24,802 nucleotides of DNA, taken from positions 1 to 24,802 of the IMG/VR virus record IMGVR_UViG_3300030099_005986; one strand, given 5' to 3'. This DNA comes from a virus (lineage: Duplodnaviria > Caudoviricetes). Under the pieces are notes generated by a model. That model had not been told where the DNA came from, made no database searches, and saw only the letters and a list, made by a program, of their open reading frames with translations. Below, one piece after another: positions 1 through 12,600 of the stretch. Every line of letters begins with the position of its first letter. Position 1 is the first letter of the stretch. A program made the position numbers and the translations under genes.

Positions 1-633
1 ATTGAAATTAATAAGTTTGGTGGAAGATTCAAGTATAGTAAAATTAATCAATTAATTGATCGTGTTAATGATGGTATTACCTCAAATATTACCAAAGTGA
101 TCATAAGAAGAGACCTAAAAGCATTATTAAATCAATTTGCACAATATGAGTTATGTTTTGGTAATCGTTTCAATATAAATCCTGCAGGTTTTAATATTAA
201 AAGCACAGGATTCACTTTATCAGGTAGCACAGACATTGCATTTTTAACAGATGTACCAAATAAGGATGCTTCAGGTAATTTAGATGGAAGTATGAAGGGA
301 ACAATTAGTGTTGTTACGAAAAACAATAAGAATCAACAAGTTGTTTTGATAAAAGATGCAGGTGGTGTTGATTACAAGAAGGGGGAGGTATTATTAAATA
401 CGATCAATATTTCATCCACTGTCACTCAAAATAATATTATTGAAGTACAAGCATATCCTGAATCAAATGATGTAATAGGATTGAAAGATTTATTTGTCAG
501 TTTTGATGTTTCTAATTCCACCATAAATATGGTGAAGGACGTAATTGCATCAGGAGAAGATGTTTCAGGTGTTGTATTCACAAGAGATTACTTTACCTCA
601 AGTTACTCAAATGGAGTCTTAGAGAGGAAATAA
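1..633 (+). CDS. gp6: T4-like baseplate wedge subunit gp6, C-terminal part (5' truncated by the window)
   Basis: Frame 1 is open from base 1 (IEINKFGGRFKYSKINQLIDRVNDGITSNITKVIIRR...), so the ORF-track start at 97 is internal. FGGRFKYSK...ITSNIT and GVDYKKGEV...PESNDV resemble the gp6 C-terminus, and the gene lies directly upstream of gp7 and gp8. Confidence 0.85.
   Translation: MEINKFGGRFKYSKINQLIDRVNDGITSNITKVIIRRDLKALLNQFAQYELCFGNRFNINPAGFNIKSTGFTLSGSTDIAFLTDVPNKDASGNLDGSMKGTISVVTKNNKNQQVVLIKDAGGVDYKKGEVLLNTINISSTVTQNNIIEVQAYPESNDVIGLKDLFVSFDVSNSTINMVKDVIASGEDVSGVVFTRDYFTSSYSNGVLERK
522..529 (+). promoter_or_regulatory. Probable T4-type late promoter (cATAAATA) inside the gp6 3' end, serving gp7
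   Basis: 7/8 match to TATAAATA, about 110 nt upstream of the gp7 ATG. Confidence 0.55.
624..628 (+). promoter_or_regulatory. Shine-Dalgarno site for gp7
   Basis: GAGGA 8 nt upstream of ATG 637. Confidence 0.5.
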
Positions 634-636
634 TTT

Positions 637-3600
637 ATGTCACAATTTGACAAAAGAATAAAGGTCAATACGATTATAGAAAATCAGTTACCTGAGTTTA
701 TACTCGCTGATTTTCCTAATGCAGTCGAATTTTTTAAGCAATACTATATTTCACAGGAATTTCAAGGTGGAACTAGTGATTTAATTAATAATTTAGATCA
801 ATATTTAAAGGTTGATAATCTTGTGCCAGAGGTTGTTGTAGGTGTTACAACAATATCATCAGATATAAGTTCAACAGATACAGTTATTAATGTTCCTAGT
901 ACAAAGGGATTTCCAAAGGAATATGGATTAATTAAAATTGATGATGAAATTATCACCTATACTGGAATTACAACAAATACATTTACAGGTTGTATTCGTG
1001 GTTTCAGTGGAGTAACTGGATTTAATGTTGGTATATCATCTTCGTTATTGGATGTCAATAAGGAAAGTTTAAAATTTGAGAGCACTTCAGCTTCTGCTCA
1101 CACTGCTAATACATCTGCAACTAATCTCTCAGTATTATTCATTCAGGAATTCTATAACAAACTCAAAAAGACGTTTTTACCAGGATTAGAGAGAAATGAT
1201 TTTACTGAAAAATTAGATGTTGGTAATTTTGTTAAATTTGCTCGTTCTTTCTATCAATCAAAAGGTGTAGAGGAATCTATTCGTATTTTATTTAAGGTAT
1301 TATACGGAGTGGAGGCAAAAATATTAGATCTCGAAAATAATTTAATTAAACCATCAAGCTCTGAATTTATTCGTAGAGAAGTTGTTGTTGCAGAATTGGT
1401 ATCAACTGGTGATCCACAAAATTTAGTTGGTCAGACAATATTCAAATCAAATGACTTAAATACGAGTGCATCTATTTCAGAGATTGAAATATTCTCAAGA
1501 GATAGTAAATCATACTATAAATTATCGTTGTTTGTAGGATTTAATGATAGAGATTTAATACAAGGTATATTTACAATTCCTGGTAAAACTAAATCCCTGT
1601 TTAATTCGCCAATATCTGCAGATATTATTTCTGTAGATTCAACTGTTGGATTTGGAACAACTGGCACTATTATCAGTGGATCAAATACCATTGATTATAC
1701 ATCAAAAACAATTAATCAATTCTTTGGTTGTACTGGTATAAATGTAGGAATCAACACTGCTGATGATATAAGATCTAATGAAACTATTTTTGGATATGAA
1801 AATGGTGATTTATCAAAAAGAGTAGATTTAAGAATTACTGGTGTATTATCTGAATTAGTCCCTGAATCTAATATTAATTTAATAAATGAGGGTGAAAATC
1901 TCTTTGTTAAAAACGTTGGTGAAAAAATTGATAATAATAATGCAAATTATAAAGAAATTTTTGCAAATTCTTGGAAATATAATACAAGTTCTAGATTTCA
2001 AGTTGAAGGACAAGGACCATATAAATTAAAAACACCTATTGATAAATCATCATTAAAAGTAGGTGATAAATTTGATATATTAAAAAGAAATGAACAAGTT
2101 ATAATTGGATCATTTAATGTAAAAAGTATTGATACTACATTAAATACAATCGATGTCGAGAATCAAAACCTTTTTGTTCCATTTCAATCAAACGAAAATT
2201 ACGATATCCGTAGAGTAATAGAAAAAGCAACCAGTTCAGGCATAGAAATTGAAGCAGGTAATGAAACATTAATATCTGATGTCCTTAATATCTACACTGA
2301 CTCAAATATTGATGGTTATGTTGCATCTAATTCTCTACCAAGTTATGATATTACAGCAAATATAACAGAAGAGTCATTTATAGGTGCTGGTAATACCAAT
2401 CGATTTGATGGCCAAAATCCATTAAATAATTTGTATAATTTTATTCGATTTACTCCACCTGCAAATACAGATATTAAACTTATACAAGGTGATGCAGTAG
2501 TATATCAACCTGATGGAGAAGAGATAGTTGGGTTATCATCTGGAAGAATATATTATGTTGACCCACAACCAGAGTCTGCAGGTTCGCAAATATCTAGAAT
2601 AGCATTATATAATTCAAGAAGTCAGATTGGATCTGCGAGTACAATACAAGTTGGAATAGGTTCAACAACAGTCGGTAGTCATAATTTTATACTACAGAGG
2701 CATGCAAATCGAAAACTTAATAGTGATAAAATTTTAAGAAGAATACCTTTATCACAAAATTTATTCGTATCATCTAATCACGATAAAACATTTAATGATA
2801 TTGGAATTTTAATTGATGGAGTTCAAATTCATTCGCCAGTATCAGATGATAATATTTTCTTTGGACCTTTAGATGATGTTGAATTATTAAATTCTGGTGA
2901 AGAGTATGATATTATTAATCCACCTAAAATTAGTATTGAATCAAGTTCAGGTGTAACAGCACTTGTGGAACCAATTTTATCAGGAAGTGTTAAAGAAATA
3001 TTTGTAGATCCACAGGAATTTGATATTCAAGAGATAATAAATTTATCTTTAACTGGAGGTAATGGTAATGGATGTTTATTAGAACCAGTATTAGGAGCTA
3101 GATTTAGGGATATATCATTTGATAGTAGAGATATATTCTTTAATGGTGGTATTGATAAAGATGATGAAACAATTACCTTTAAGACACAGCATAATTTAGA
3201 AAATGGTCAAAAAGTATTTTATAGAAATGAAGGAAATCCATCAATAGGTATTGGAGTTGCATATGATTCATCAAATACTATCACAGGAACTTTATCTGAT
3301 GGCGATCCTTACTTTGTAAGAGTTGTTAATCCAACCACTGTTAGAATATTCAATACAAAATCAGATTCTCTACAGGGCATCGCAGGTATAAACACTGTTG
3401 GACTAGCAACTGATACTGCTGCAAGTGGTATTCATAAGTTTAGAACAGAAAGTAAAAATACATTACTGAAAATTAGAGTAATAAATGGTGGTTCTGGATA
3501 TCAACATCGAAAATTAAGAGTGGATCCCGCAGGTATATCAACATCTTTCGATACTATTAATTATGTTAATCATGGGTTTTCTCATGGAGATATAGTTGAA

Positions 3601-6600
3601 TATTCTCCAACAGTTGGGTTGGGAAGTACAACTCCAAAAGCAATACAAGGTTTATCTACAACCACATCTTACTATGTTATGAAGGTAGATGATAATTCCT
3701 TTAGATTATCTGATGCTGGCATTGGTGCTACAGTAAGTAGTAACTTTAATAGAGGTAAGTTTGTTGGTTTAGGATCTACAGGCACTGGATATCAAACATT
3801 TACATACCCCGAAATCAAAGTAAATGTTGAAGTCTCATATGGTTCAACTGTAACTGGTACGATAAACTTTACTCCAATTGTAAGAGGTGAATTTACAGGT
3901 GCTTATTTGTATGAAAAAGGATCTAATTATGGTTCCACCATTCTAAATCACCAAGTTCAACCTAATATTTCTATAGAAAATGGTAAAGATGCTGAATTAA
4001 GGGCAGTAATAAGTAATGGAAAAATAGAGGATGTAATAGTTACCAATCAAGGTAGTCAATATAATTCATTGCCAGATATAGTTGTTAGTACAACTGGTGC
4101 AGGTGTAGGAGCAATTATAAGACCTGTAATTAGTAATGGTTCTTTAGTTGATACTGTGGTTATTAATTCTGGTATTGGATATGATAGTTTAACAACAGAA
4201 GTAAGAGCCATAGAAACTGGTAAAAATGGTTTGTTTGGTGCCAGAGTAAGAAGTCTAACTGTTAATACTACACAAAGATTTGGTGATATTAATCTTACTT
4301 CAAGAGAAAAATCTCTTACTTTTGCAGTTTCGGGTTACTCACAGGCATCAGCATTAAATCTTGAAGAGACATTTGACCTTAAACCAAATGGAGAATTTGA
4401 CAAAATAACAGACCATTCTCCAATTATTGGTTGGGCTTATGATGGAAACCCTATCTATGGACCATTTGGTTATTCTGATCCTGATGACATCAACTCAACA
4501 TTAAAAATTATTTCATCTTCATATAAAAAAGATCTTGCAAATGTAATAAATCGTCCATCTGGATTTGACGATGGATTTTTTGTTAATGATTTTACTTTTG
4601 ATGGCAGTGGTGATTTAGATATTCATAATGGAAGATTCTGTAAAACTCCCGAATTTCCAAATGGTATCTATGCGTATTTTGCAACTGTTGGTTTAAGTAC
4701 CTCAACAAATAAAATTGAAGGAATTTATCCATACTTTATTGGCAATACTTATAGATCACCCCTTATAAACGATAATTTAATATTAAATCATGATTTTGAT
4801 TTTAATGAATCAAATTTAATCAGAAATACAAAACCATATAATGTTGGTGAAGAATTTGCAGATAATGATTTTATTGTAGAATCAAACGAATTTATAAGAC
4901 AAATATCAAATGTTGAAGCAGTAACGAAAGGTGGTATCACTGATTTACAAATTTTAGATAATGGTTCTGGTTATAGAGTTGGAGATTTAACATCATTTGA
5001 CCATACTGATACAGAAGGATCAGGATTCAGTGCTGAAGTTTCAGAAATTGTAGGTATCGGAATCTCAAACATCGAAACATCATTAACAAGATTTAATAAT
5101 ACAATATTTACTTGGAATAATTCTAATGAAGTTCAGGCAAATTATTTACCATTCATTGAACTTAACAATGAAGATTCAGTTTTCATATCTGGACTTAGCA
5201 CATCAATAATTGGATTAACTGATTCATTTAAGATTGGAATAAGCACTGATACAGTTTCATTAGGAAAATCAATGACCGTTGGTAATTTAAACGGATTGGT
5301 GCAAGATATTTTTGTGAATAAAATACCAAGCACTGTCTCTATTGGTGGATCTATAAGAATTGGTGTTGGAAATTCAACAGAAACACTTAAAGTTCTTAAT
5401 ATTTACAATACAAATAAAGTGTTACGAGTATTCAGGAACACTGGTGTAGCTCATACTTTTGGATCTGATGTTGATATACTTAATAATAGATTTACAATAC
5501 CCCTTAAAGTTAATAAATTTGAGTCAAAAGTAAATGATATTGTTTATTTTAATGGAGTTGAATCTATAGGTGTAGGAACAGATGGTGTTGGTTATACAAC
5601 AAGTTATGTAATTGGTGAGACAATCACTCAAATTTCTATACCTGAGAGGGCAATATACTTGCCTAATCATCCATTTGTAACTGGTCAAAAAGTAACATTA
5701 TCAAGACCAAACATCGCAAACGCAGAATTTGACGTATCTCCAAATAATAGTGCTGTGGGATCTTTTGAGTTACCATTTTCTGGTCAAACATCAACAGACG
5801 TATTTGTAATTAAAAAAGATGAAAATTATATAGGTATTGTAACAACAAGAGCAGGTGTAGCAAATACTAGCGATGGATTATTCTTCTTAGGAAACGGTAT
5901 TAATTCAGGTATAGGTTCAGATTTATACAATTTTACAACTCAGTATGAACAGGTGACTGGTGATGTCGATAGAGTTACAACTACAGTAACAACTAAGGTA
6001 GCAGCTGCGAATACAACAACTCATAATTTACAAAATGGTGATGTAATAAAAATGAATGTTGTTCCCAATTTATCAGTGGGAATCGGCACAACAAATCCAA
6101 TTTCAGTCAGATATAATTCTGAATTTGAGAAACTAATTATAAATCCAATTACTTTTGATGCTTCAGATGTAGAAACTAATCGTTTAGATATAGTAAATCA
6201 TGGTTTTGAAACTGGTGATAAAGTTTTATATGAAGGAAATGCCACTGGATTATCAACAGGTTTGTATTATGTGTATAAAGTTAGTGACAGAAGAATTGAA
6301 TTAGGAGAAACTTTAACAGATGTAACCTCAAATTCTATACAAACAGTTGCAATAACTGCCAATAGTGGTGGTGCAAATCAATCAATAGCACCTATTAACC
6401 CTAAAATTACCGTAATTAAAAATCAAAAACTTACATTTGGTTTGTCAAGCACAACACTTGCAGATTTTGACTTCAAGTTATTTTATGATAATGAGTTTAC
6501 TAATGAATATTTAAGTTCACAAGACTCTCCTAATTTTAATGTAGTAGGTGTTGGCACAATAGGTATTGGAACATCTCCAGATAGACCAATTGTAGGTGCT

Positions 6601-9600
6601 GCTTTAACTGTACAGTATTCAGAATCATCACCTGATAAATTGTATTATGGATTATCAAAAGGTGGATTTATAAGCACATCTGATACAGATGTCAAAAATT
6701 ATTCTGAAATTAGTTTTATTGATAGCGTTTATAATGGTGAATATACAATATCTGGAGTAACTTCAGAAACATTTAACATATCACCAAATGTTCCAGAGTT
6801 GTTTAGATATTCTGAATTAGATTGTGATAAACTTGAATATTCAACAAAATCTAAAAATGTTGTTGGTGCAATAAAAGAATTTAGAATAATATCATCAGGA
6901 TTTAATTACAAAAAATTACCTATTTTTAATACTGTTGTTAGTAATAGTGGTCTAGGTGCAAATATAAAAGCATTATCAGACGATGTTGGTAAAATAAAAA
7001 AAGTAAGAATTGTTGATATTGGATATGATTACTCCTCTGATAAGACCTTAAGTCCTGAAGCGTTTGTACCACCAATAGTTAATATTGATAATTTAGATGT
7101 TGTGAATGAAGTAGAAATAATAAGAGGTGGTAGTAACTATTCAAGTGCACCTAATTTACTACTTTTTAATCCTGTATCTAATACACTTATTGATGATTCT
7201 TCACTACAAGCAATAGCACCAAATCAAACAGTTTCGGATGTTAAAGTCATAGCACCTATCAATGGTTTAGATTCAGTCAATCATAAAATTGTTGCTATTA
7301 ATAATTCTAATGGTGTTGGAATAAATTCTGTTATTCAAGCACCATTTCCAAATGCAGGTATTATTACATGTTTTATTGAAACACCTACAAATGGATTTGT
7401 AACCGAACCTTTTGCAATTGGTGATAAAGTGTTTGTTGAAGGGTTAATACGTATTGGAGAGGCAGGTATAGGTGCTACACAGGGTGGAATAACAACTAAC
7501 ACAAGTATTACTGGTGATGGATTTAATTCTGAAAATCATAACTATGAATTTTTTGATGTAGTTGATTATATTGCAGGAACTCCATCACAACTCATATTCA
7601 GTATAGCTGGTTTTACTACAAATCCTGGTATTGCAAAAACATTCCAATCAGGTTATGCAACATTAATAAACCAAAAAATTTATCCTGATATAAGACCAAT
7701 ACAGCAAAGAGGTAAATTTGAGTTAAATGAAAAAATAATCGTTGATAATCAAAAAACTGATTTAATTGTCGTTGAGCTTAGAGATGATTATGTAAAATTA
7801 GACGGTGTGTTTAGAATTAAAAAAGGTGATAGAATAAGAGGAACGCTAAGTGGTGTTTCTGCTGAAATATTATCCATAGTTGATAATAAAGCAAAATTCA
7901 AGATAGATTTCTCAAATAGACAAGAGTATGGTTGGTTAGATGATACTGGTAAATTAAGTGAAGATTACCAAGTTGTACCAGATAATGATTATTATCAGAA
8001 TTTATCATACTCAGTAAAGAGTCCGATAGTTTGGGACGATTTTGTAAATCCAGTCAATCGTTTAGTACATCCAGCAGGATTAAAAAACTTTGCAGATACA
8101 TCTATTCAAAATAATGCAGAGGTTAAAATTGGAACTGGTTCAACTTCTCTATCAACAATTATACTTGATGTCTTAAATGAAAATAATAGAGTTGATGCAA
8201 TTAATAATTTTGATTATGTAAAAGATTTTGATGTATTGAGTAATAAATCTAAAAATTTACAATTCACAACTAAAGTATTAACTGATTTTACAAGATGCAT
8301 CTCTAACAGAGTTTTAATACATGATGATATTAGTTCAGAATTTTCAAGTGTTGGTTTTTCTGCCAATGATAGTGTTATTGAAACTATCACTGCAGATGTT
8401 GGTAATTATCTCATCCAAATAGTTGATCCTGATACTTCTGATACTCAATTTAGTGAAGTAGTTGTATTAACTGATGAAGATGATATTGTCTTATTTGAAA
8501 AAACAACTGATTTTACAACTCTCAAATTGGGAGATTTAAAGACTGAGATTACTACTGGCGGTGATAAGAATTTATTATTTGAACCAACAGAGAAATTTAC
8601 TAAAGACCATAATATTAAGATCTTAAAAATAGACTTTAATACAGATTTAGTTGGTATTAATACGAATACTATTGGTAGTGTTAAACAAACTGGATCTAAT
8701 ATTGGAGTTACATCTGGAACAACTTCAAGCATTATTGAATTTTCTAAAAATGATTTTAATTCATTGTACGCCAACATTTATGTTGAAGATTCTGTAACTA
8801 AGGATGTGAATTATAATGAGGTTGTAGTTGATTTTGATGGAACTGATACGTCTATATCACAAATTTATGTTGATAAAAATTTATCTAATAGTCAAAGTGT
8901 TGTTGGGATTATCACTGCAAAATTTGAGAATAATCTAATTAAATTACAAGTTGAAAATAACTTAAATAACGCATTAGAAGTAAGATCAAATATTATTGGA
9001 TTAGGAACCACAACATCAGGGATAGGAACATATCGTTTCTCTGTACCAGATCAACCACCAGGAGCTGAAAGAAGCGTAAGACTTGAATCTGGATATGCGA
9101 CTGGAACTGCTAGTACAATTACTTATACTACGCTCAATAAACTCATTGATAGCACCTCCAAATCTCTTGTGAGAGTATCTTGTGGTGAAACATCAGCAGT
9201 TCATCAAATAATTTCTATTAGAGATGCTGATGATATTCTTACAGTTCAATATCCATTTGTGTCGATGGGATCAACAACTGGTATTGGTACATTTGGTGGA
9301 GAAATAGTTGGTAATGATATAAATCTACGTTTTTATCCAGACTCTGAATTTACATCTCTTATTGAAGTTCAATCATTTAATCAAATTTTCTATACAGAAA
9401 ATGATTTTGACAATACACCTCCTAAATTATCTCACGGTACTGTTTCACAAGAGGTATTCTTAACAACTTATGATGGATTAGAAGGAAGAAGAGCTAATAA
9501 AACAAAATTTGATTTAAAGTTTGATGGAACACCAATTTATAGTAAAACCTTTAATCCTAATTCAGGTATTTTAAGCACTTCAACAGGTATATTCACAATA

Positions 9601-12600
9601 CCAAATCATTTCTTCAATACAAATGAAGAACTAACTTATACATTTGATTCAACGTTTATCGGAATTGCAGCTACTGCCCTATCCATTGGATCAACAGCAA
9701 ATACTGCAGGTGTTGTTACAACCATTTTACCAACTACAGTTTTTGCTAAAGTTATTGATGAAAATCAATTCCAGTTATTCTCAAGACCAGAGTACGTTGC
9801 AACTGGTGCGGCTATTACATTTACAGGAATAGGAACTGGTAATGCACATAAGTTAACAATGAACAAACAACTTACAAAGACTATTATTGGTCTAGATGGA
9901 GTTGTTCAACAACCAATTACTTTCACATCAATCGCTCATACATTAGATACAAATATTAGCACAACAGATAGTCAATTTGTTCTTAGTGGTATTGGTTCAA
10001 TTCAACCAAGTGATGTACTTAGAGTAAATGATGAATTTATGAAAGTTGAACAAGTTGGTTTCTCAAGTTTACCAACTGGTATTATTAATGATGCTGAAGA
10101 CGTAGCAGCTGGTATTGCAACTCTACCTGTGGTAAAAGTGCAAAGGGGTGTATTAGGTGTAAGTGCATCGACACACTCTGCAAATGATAATGCAAGAGTT
10201 CACAGAGGATCGTTTAATATTGTTGATAGTTCTGTTCATTTTATTGAACCACCTAAAGGAAATACAAGATCTAGAAGAACAGATACTAATTTACCATTTG
10301 TAAAGGCAGATTTTAGTGGAAGAACATTCCTCAGAAGTGATTACACAACAAATATGTTGTTTGATGATGTATCAGATAACTTTACAGGTATTGGTAAAAC
10401 TTATAGTTTAACTGTTGGTGGTGCAAATACATCATCTGGTATTGGCGTAGGTAATGGAGTCCTATTCATCAATGGTATATTCCAAACACCATTAACAACT
10501 AATAATGAAGGACATAATTACGAATTTATTTCAGATACAACTGCAGGTGTATCAACTGTTCAATTTACTGGTATAACATCTGAAAATGGTCAATTTATTG
10601 TATCAGAATCAGATATTAACCAAAATCAAGTTCCAAGAGGTGGATTAATTGTGTCACTTGGATCAACACCAGGTCTTGGGTATGCTCCATTAGTTGGTGC
10701 AAAGGCATCATTATTCAAGAATTCATCAGGTGCAATTACTAGTGTTGTTGGTATCGCAACAACATCAGGTGTTAACTATGGTATAAGCACAGCTGCTTAT
10801 GATAATATTACAGGTATTATTACAGTAACCACAGATAAGGTTCATGGTTTTGCTCTAAACAGACCAAATACAGTTCAACTTAAAGGATTAGAATTTAGAT
10901 GTCCTAAAACAGTCGTGGGACAACCTACTAATGCAACCTATGATGGTGTAACTGGTATATCCACAATAACAATTGCAAATCATGGATTAGTGAATGGTGA
11001 CGCAGTTATTCTAGATACAGGTTCAATATGCTTTACTTGTACCAAAGATGGTAATAATTCAACTCATTGTTATCCTCGTGCAACTGACCCTGCAGCAAAT
11101 CAGTATCTATCTGTAAGTAATGTAACTACAAATACATTCCAAGTTAATGTTGGTGCTTCCAATCCAGGTGACATTTATGCTCATACTTTTGTTTCAGCAA
11201 CTGCTACTGCAGTTAAGACAATAGGTGGTGGTGGATATGTTGGAGTCACAACCACTATCTTCCAAGATCATGATCGACCTTTATTCTTAGTTGGAATTGT
11301 TTCTGAGAGAACATTTGAGGTACAGGCAGGAGCGAGTACAATTCCACATACTTATCAGGGTGGTGGACATGCATTTGAGTTCTTTGCAGATAATACATTT
11401 GGTTCAGGGTATCGTGGCGGTACAGTCGCTATTGGTGTCACAGATCAAGCATACGTACATCGTTTTGTAAGTTCTGGTATAGGTTCAATACGTAAGGGTA
11501 GTTTTGCTGCCTCTGGTGCTAATGCATTTACAGCGACTGATGCAGATTACGAATCACATAGTGGTCTTCTAAAATTAACCATTCCAAGTCATGGTCTAAC
11601 AACAAGTGATACAGTTGGTATTGACACTGGTGGATTGGTATTTAAGTGCTCTAAAGATGGATTCTTTGGTAATCACCCATATCCTAGAGGACTTTCAATC
11701 ACAAGTAATCCAAGTGGAGATCCTATTGCTGGTATACAAACAGCAATTAGAGAGGTTACAACAAATACAATTACTATCTTTGTAGGACAAGGTGGTGGTG
11801 GTGGAACAGGTGCAAATATTACTGCAACAGTCGGTGTAGGTGGTACACTCGCATTTAATATTGTTTCTGCAGGTACAAGTTACGTTAATCCAAGATTAAT
11901 TATACCTGAACCAACATATGAGAATCTTCCAGTTGAAGGTATATCAAGATTAGGTATTGGTGCAACCACTGATACAGGATCTAACTTATTATTAAATGTA
12001 GAGGTCGGTGCTTCAAGAACTTCAGTAGGTATTGGATCTACATTATTTGAGATTAATAAGTTCAGTATCGCAAGACCTGGACATTCATTTAAGATTGGAG
12101 ATAAATTTAGACCAGTTGGTTTGGTGACAGCATCTCATTTATCCGCACCAATACAAGAGTTTGAGTTAGAAGTTATTGAAATATTCAGAGATAAATTCTC
12201 AGCTTGGCAGTTTGGAGAAATTGATTTTATAGACAGCATATCTAATCTTCAAGATGGTCAGAAAGTGAGGTTCCCATTATTCTTTAATGGTCAAATACTT
12301 AGTTTTGAGAAAGATTTATCCAATGCAACATCACAATTAATCGATCTTGATGCAGTATTGCTAATATTCATTAATGGTGTTTTACAAAAACCAAAGGAGT
12401 CATATCAATTTGAGGGTGGATCAACGTTTACATTCACTGAACCACCAGATTCTGGTGATAAGGTAGATATATTTTTCTACAAAGGTCAAGATGGAGTTGA
12501 TGTATTAATTAAAGATGTTCAGGAATTTGTAAAAATTGGTGATGAATTTAGAGTTCTTAAAAATGAAGAGATTGGAATTACAACATCACAGCAAAGTGAT

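Noticed and set aside
97-633. ORF-track start at 97 as a standalone 178-aa gene
   Set aside because: The frame is open from base 1 with gp6-like sequence, so the GTG at 97 is internal.
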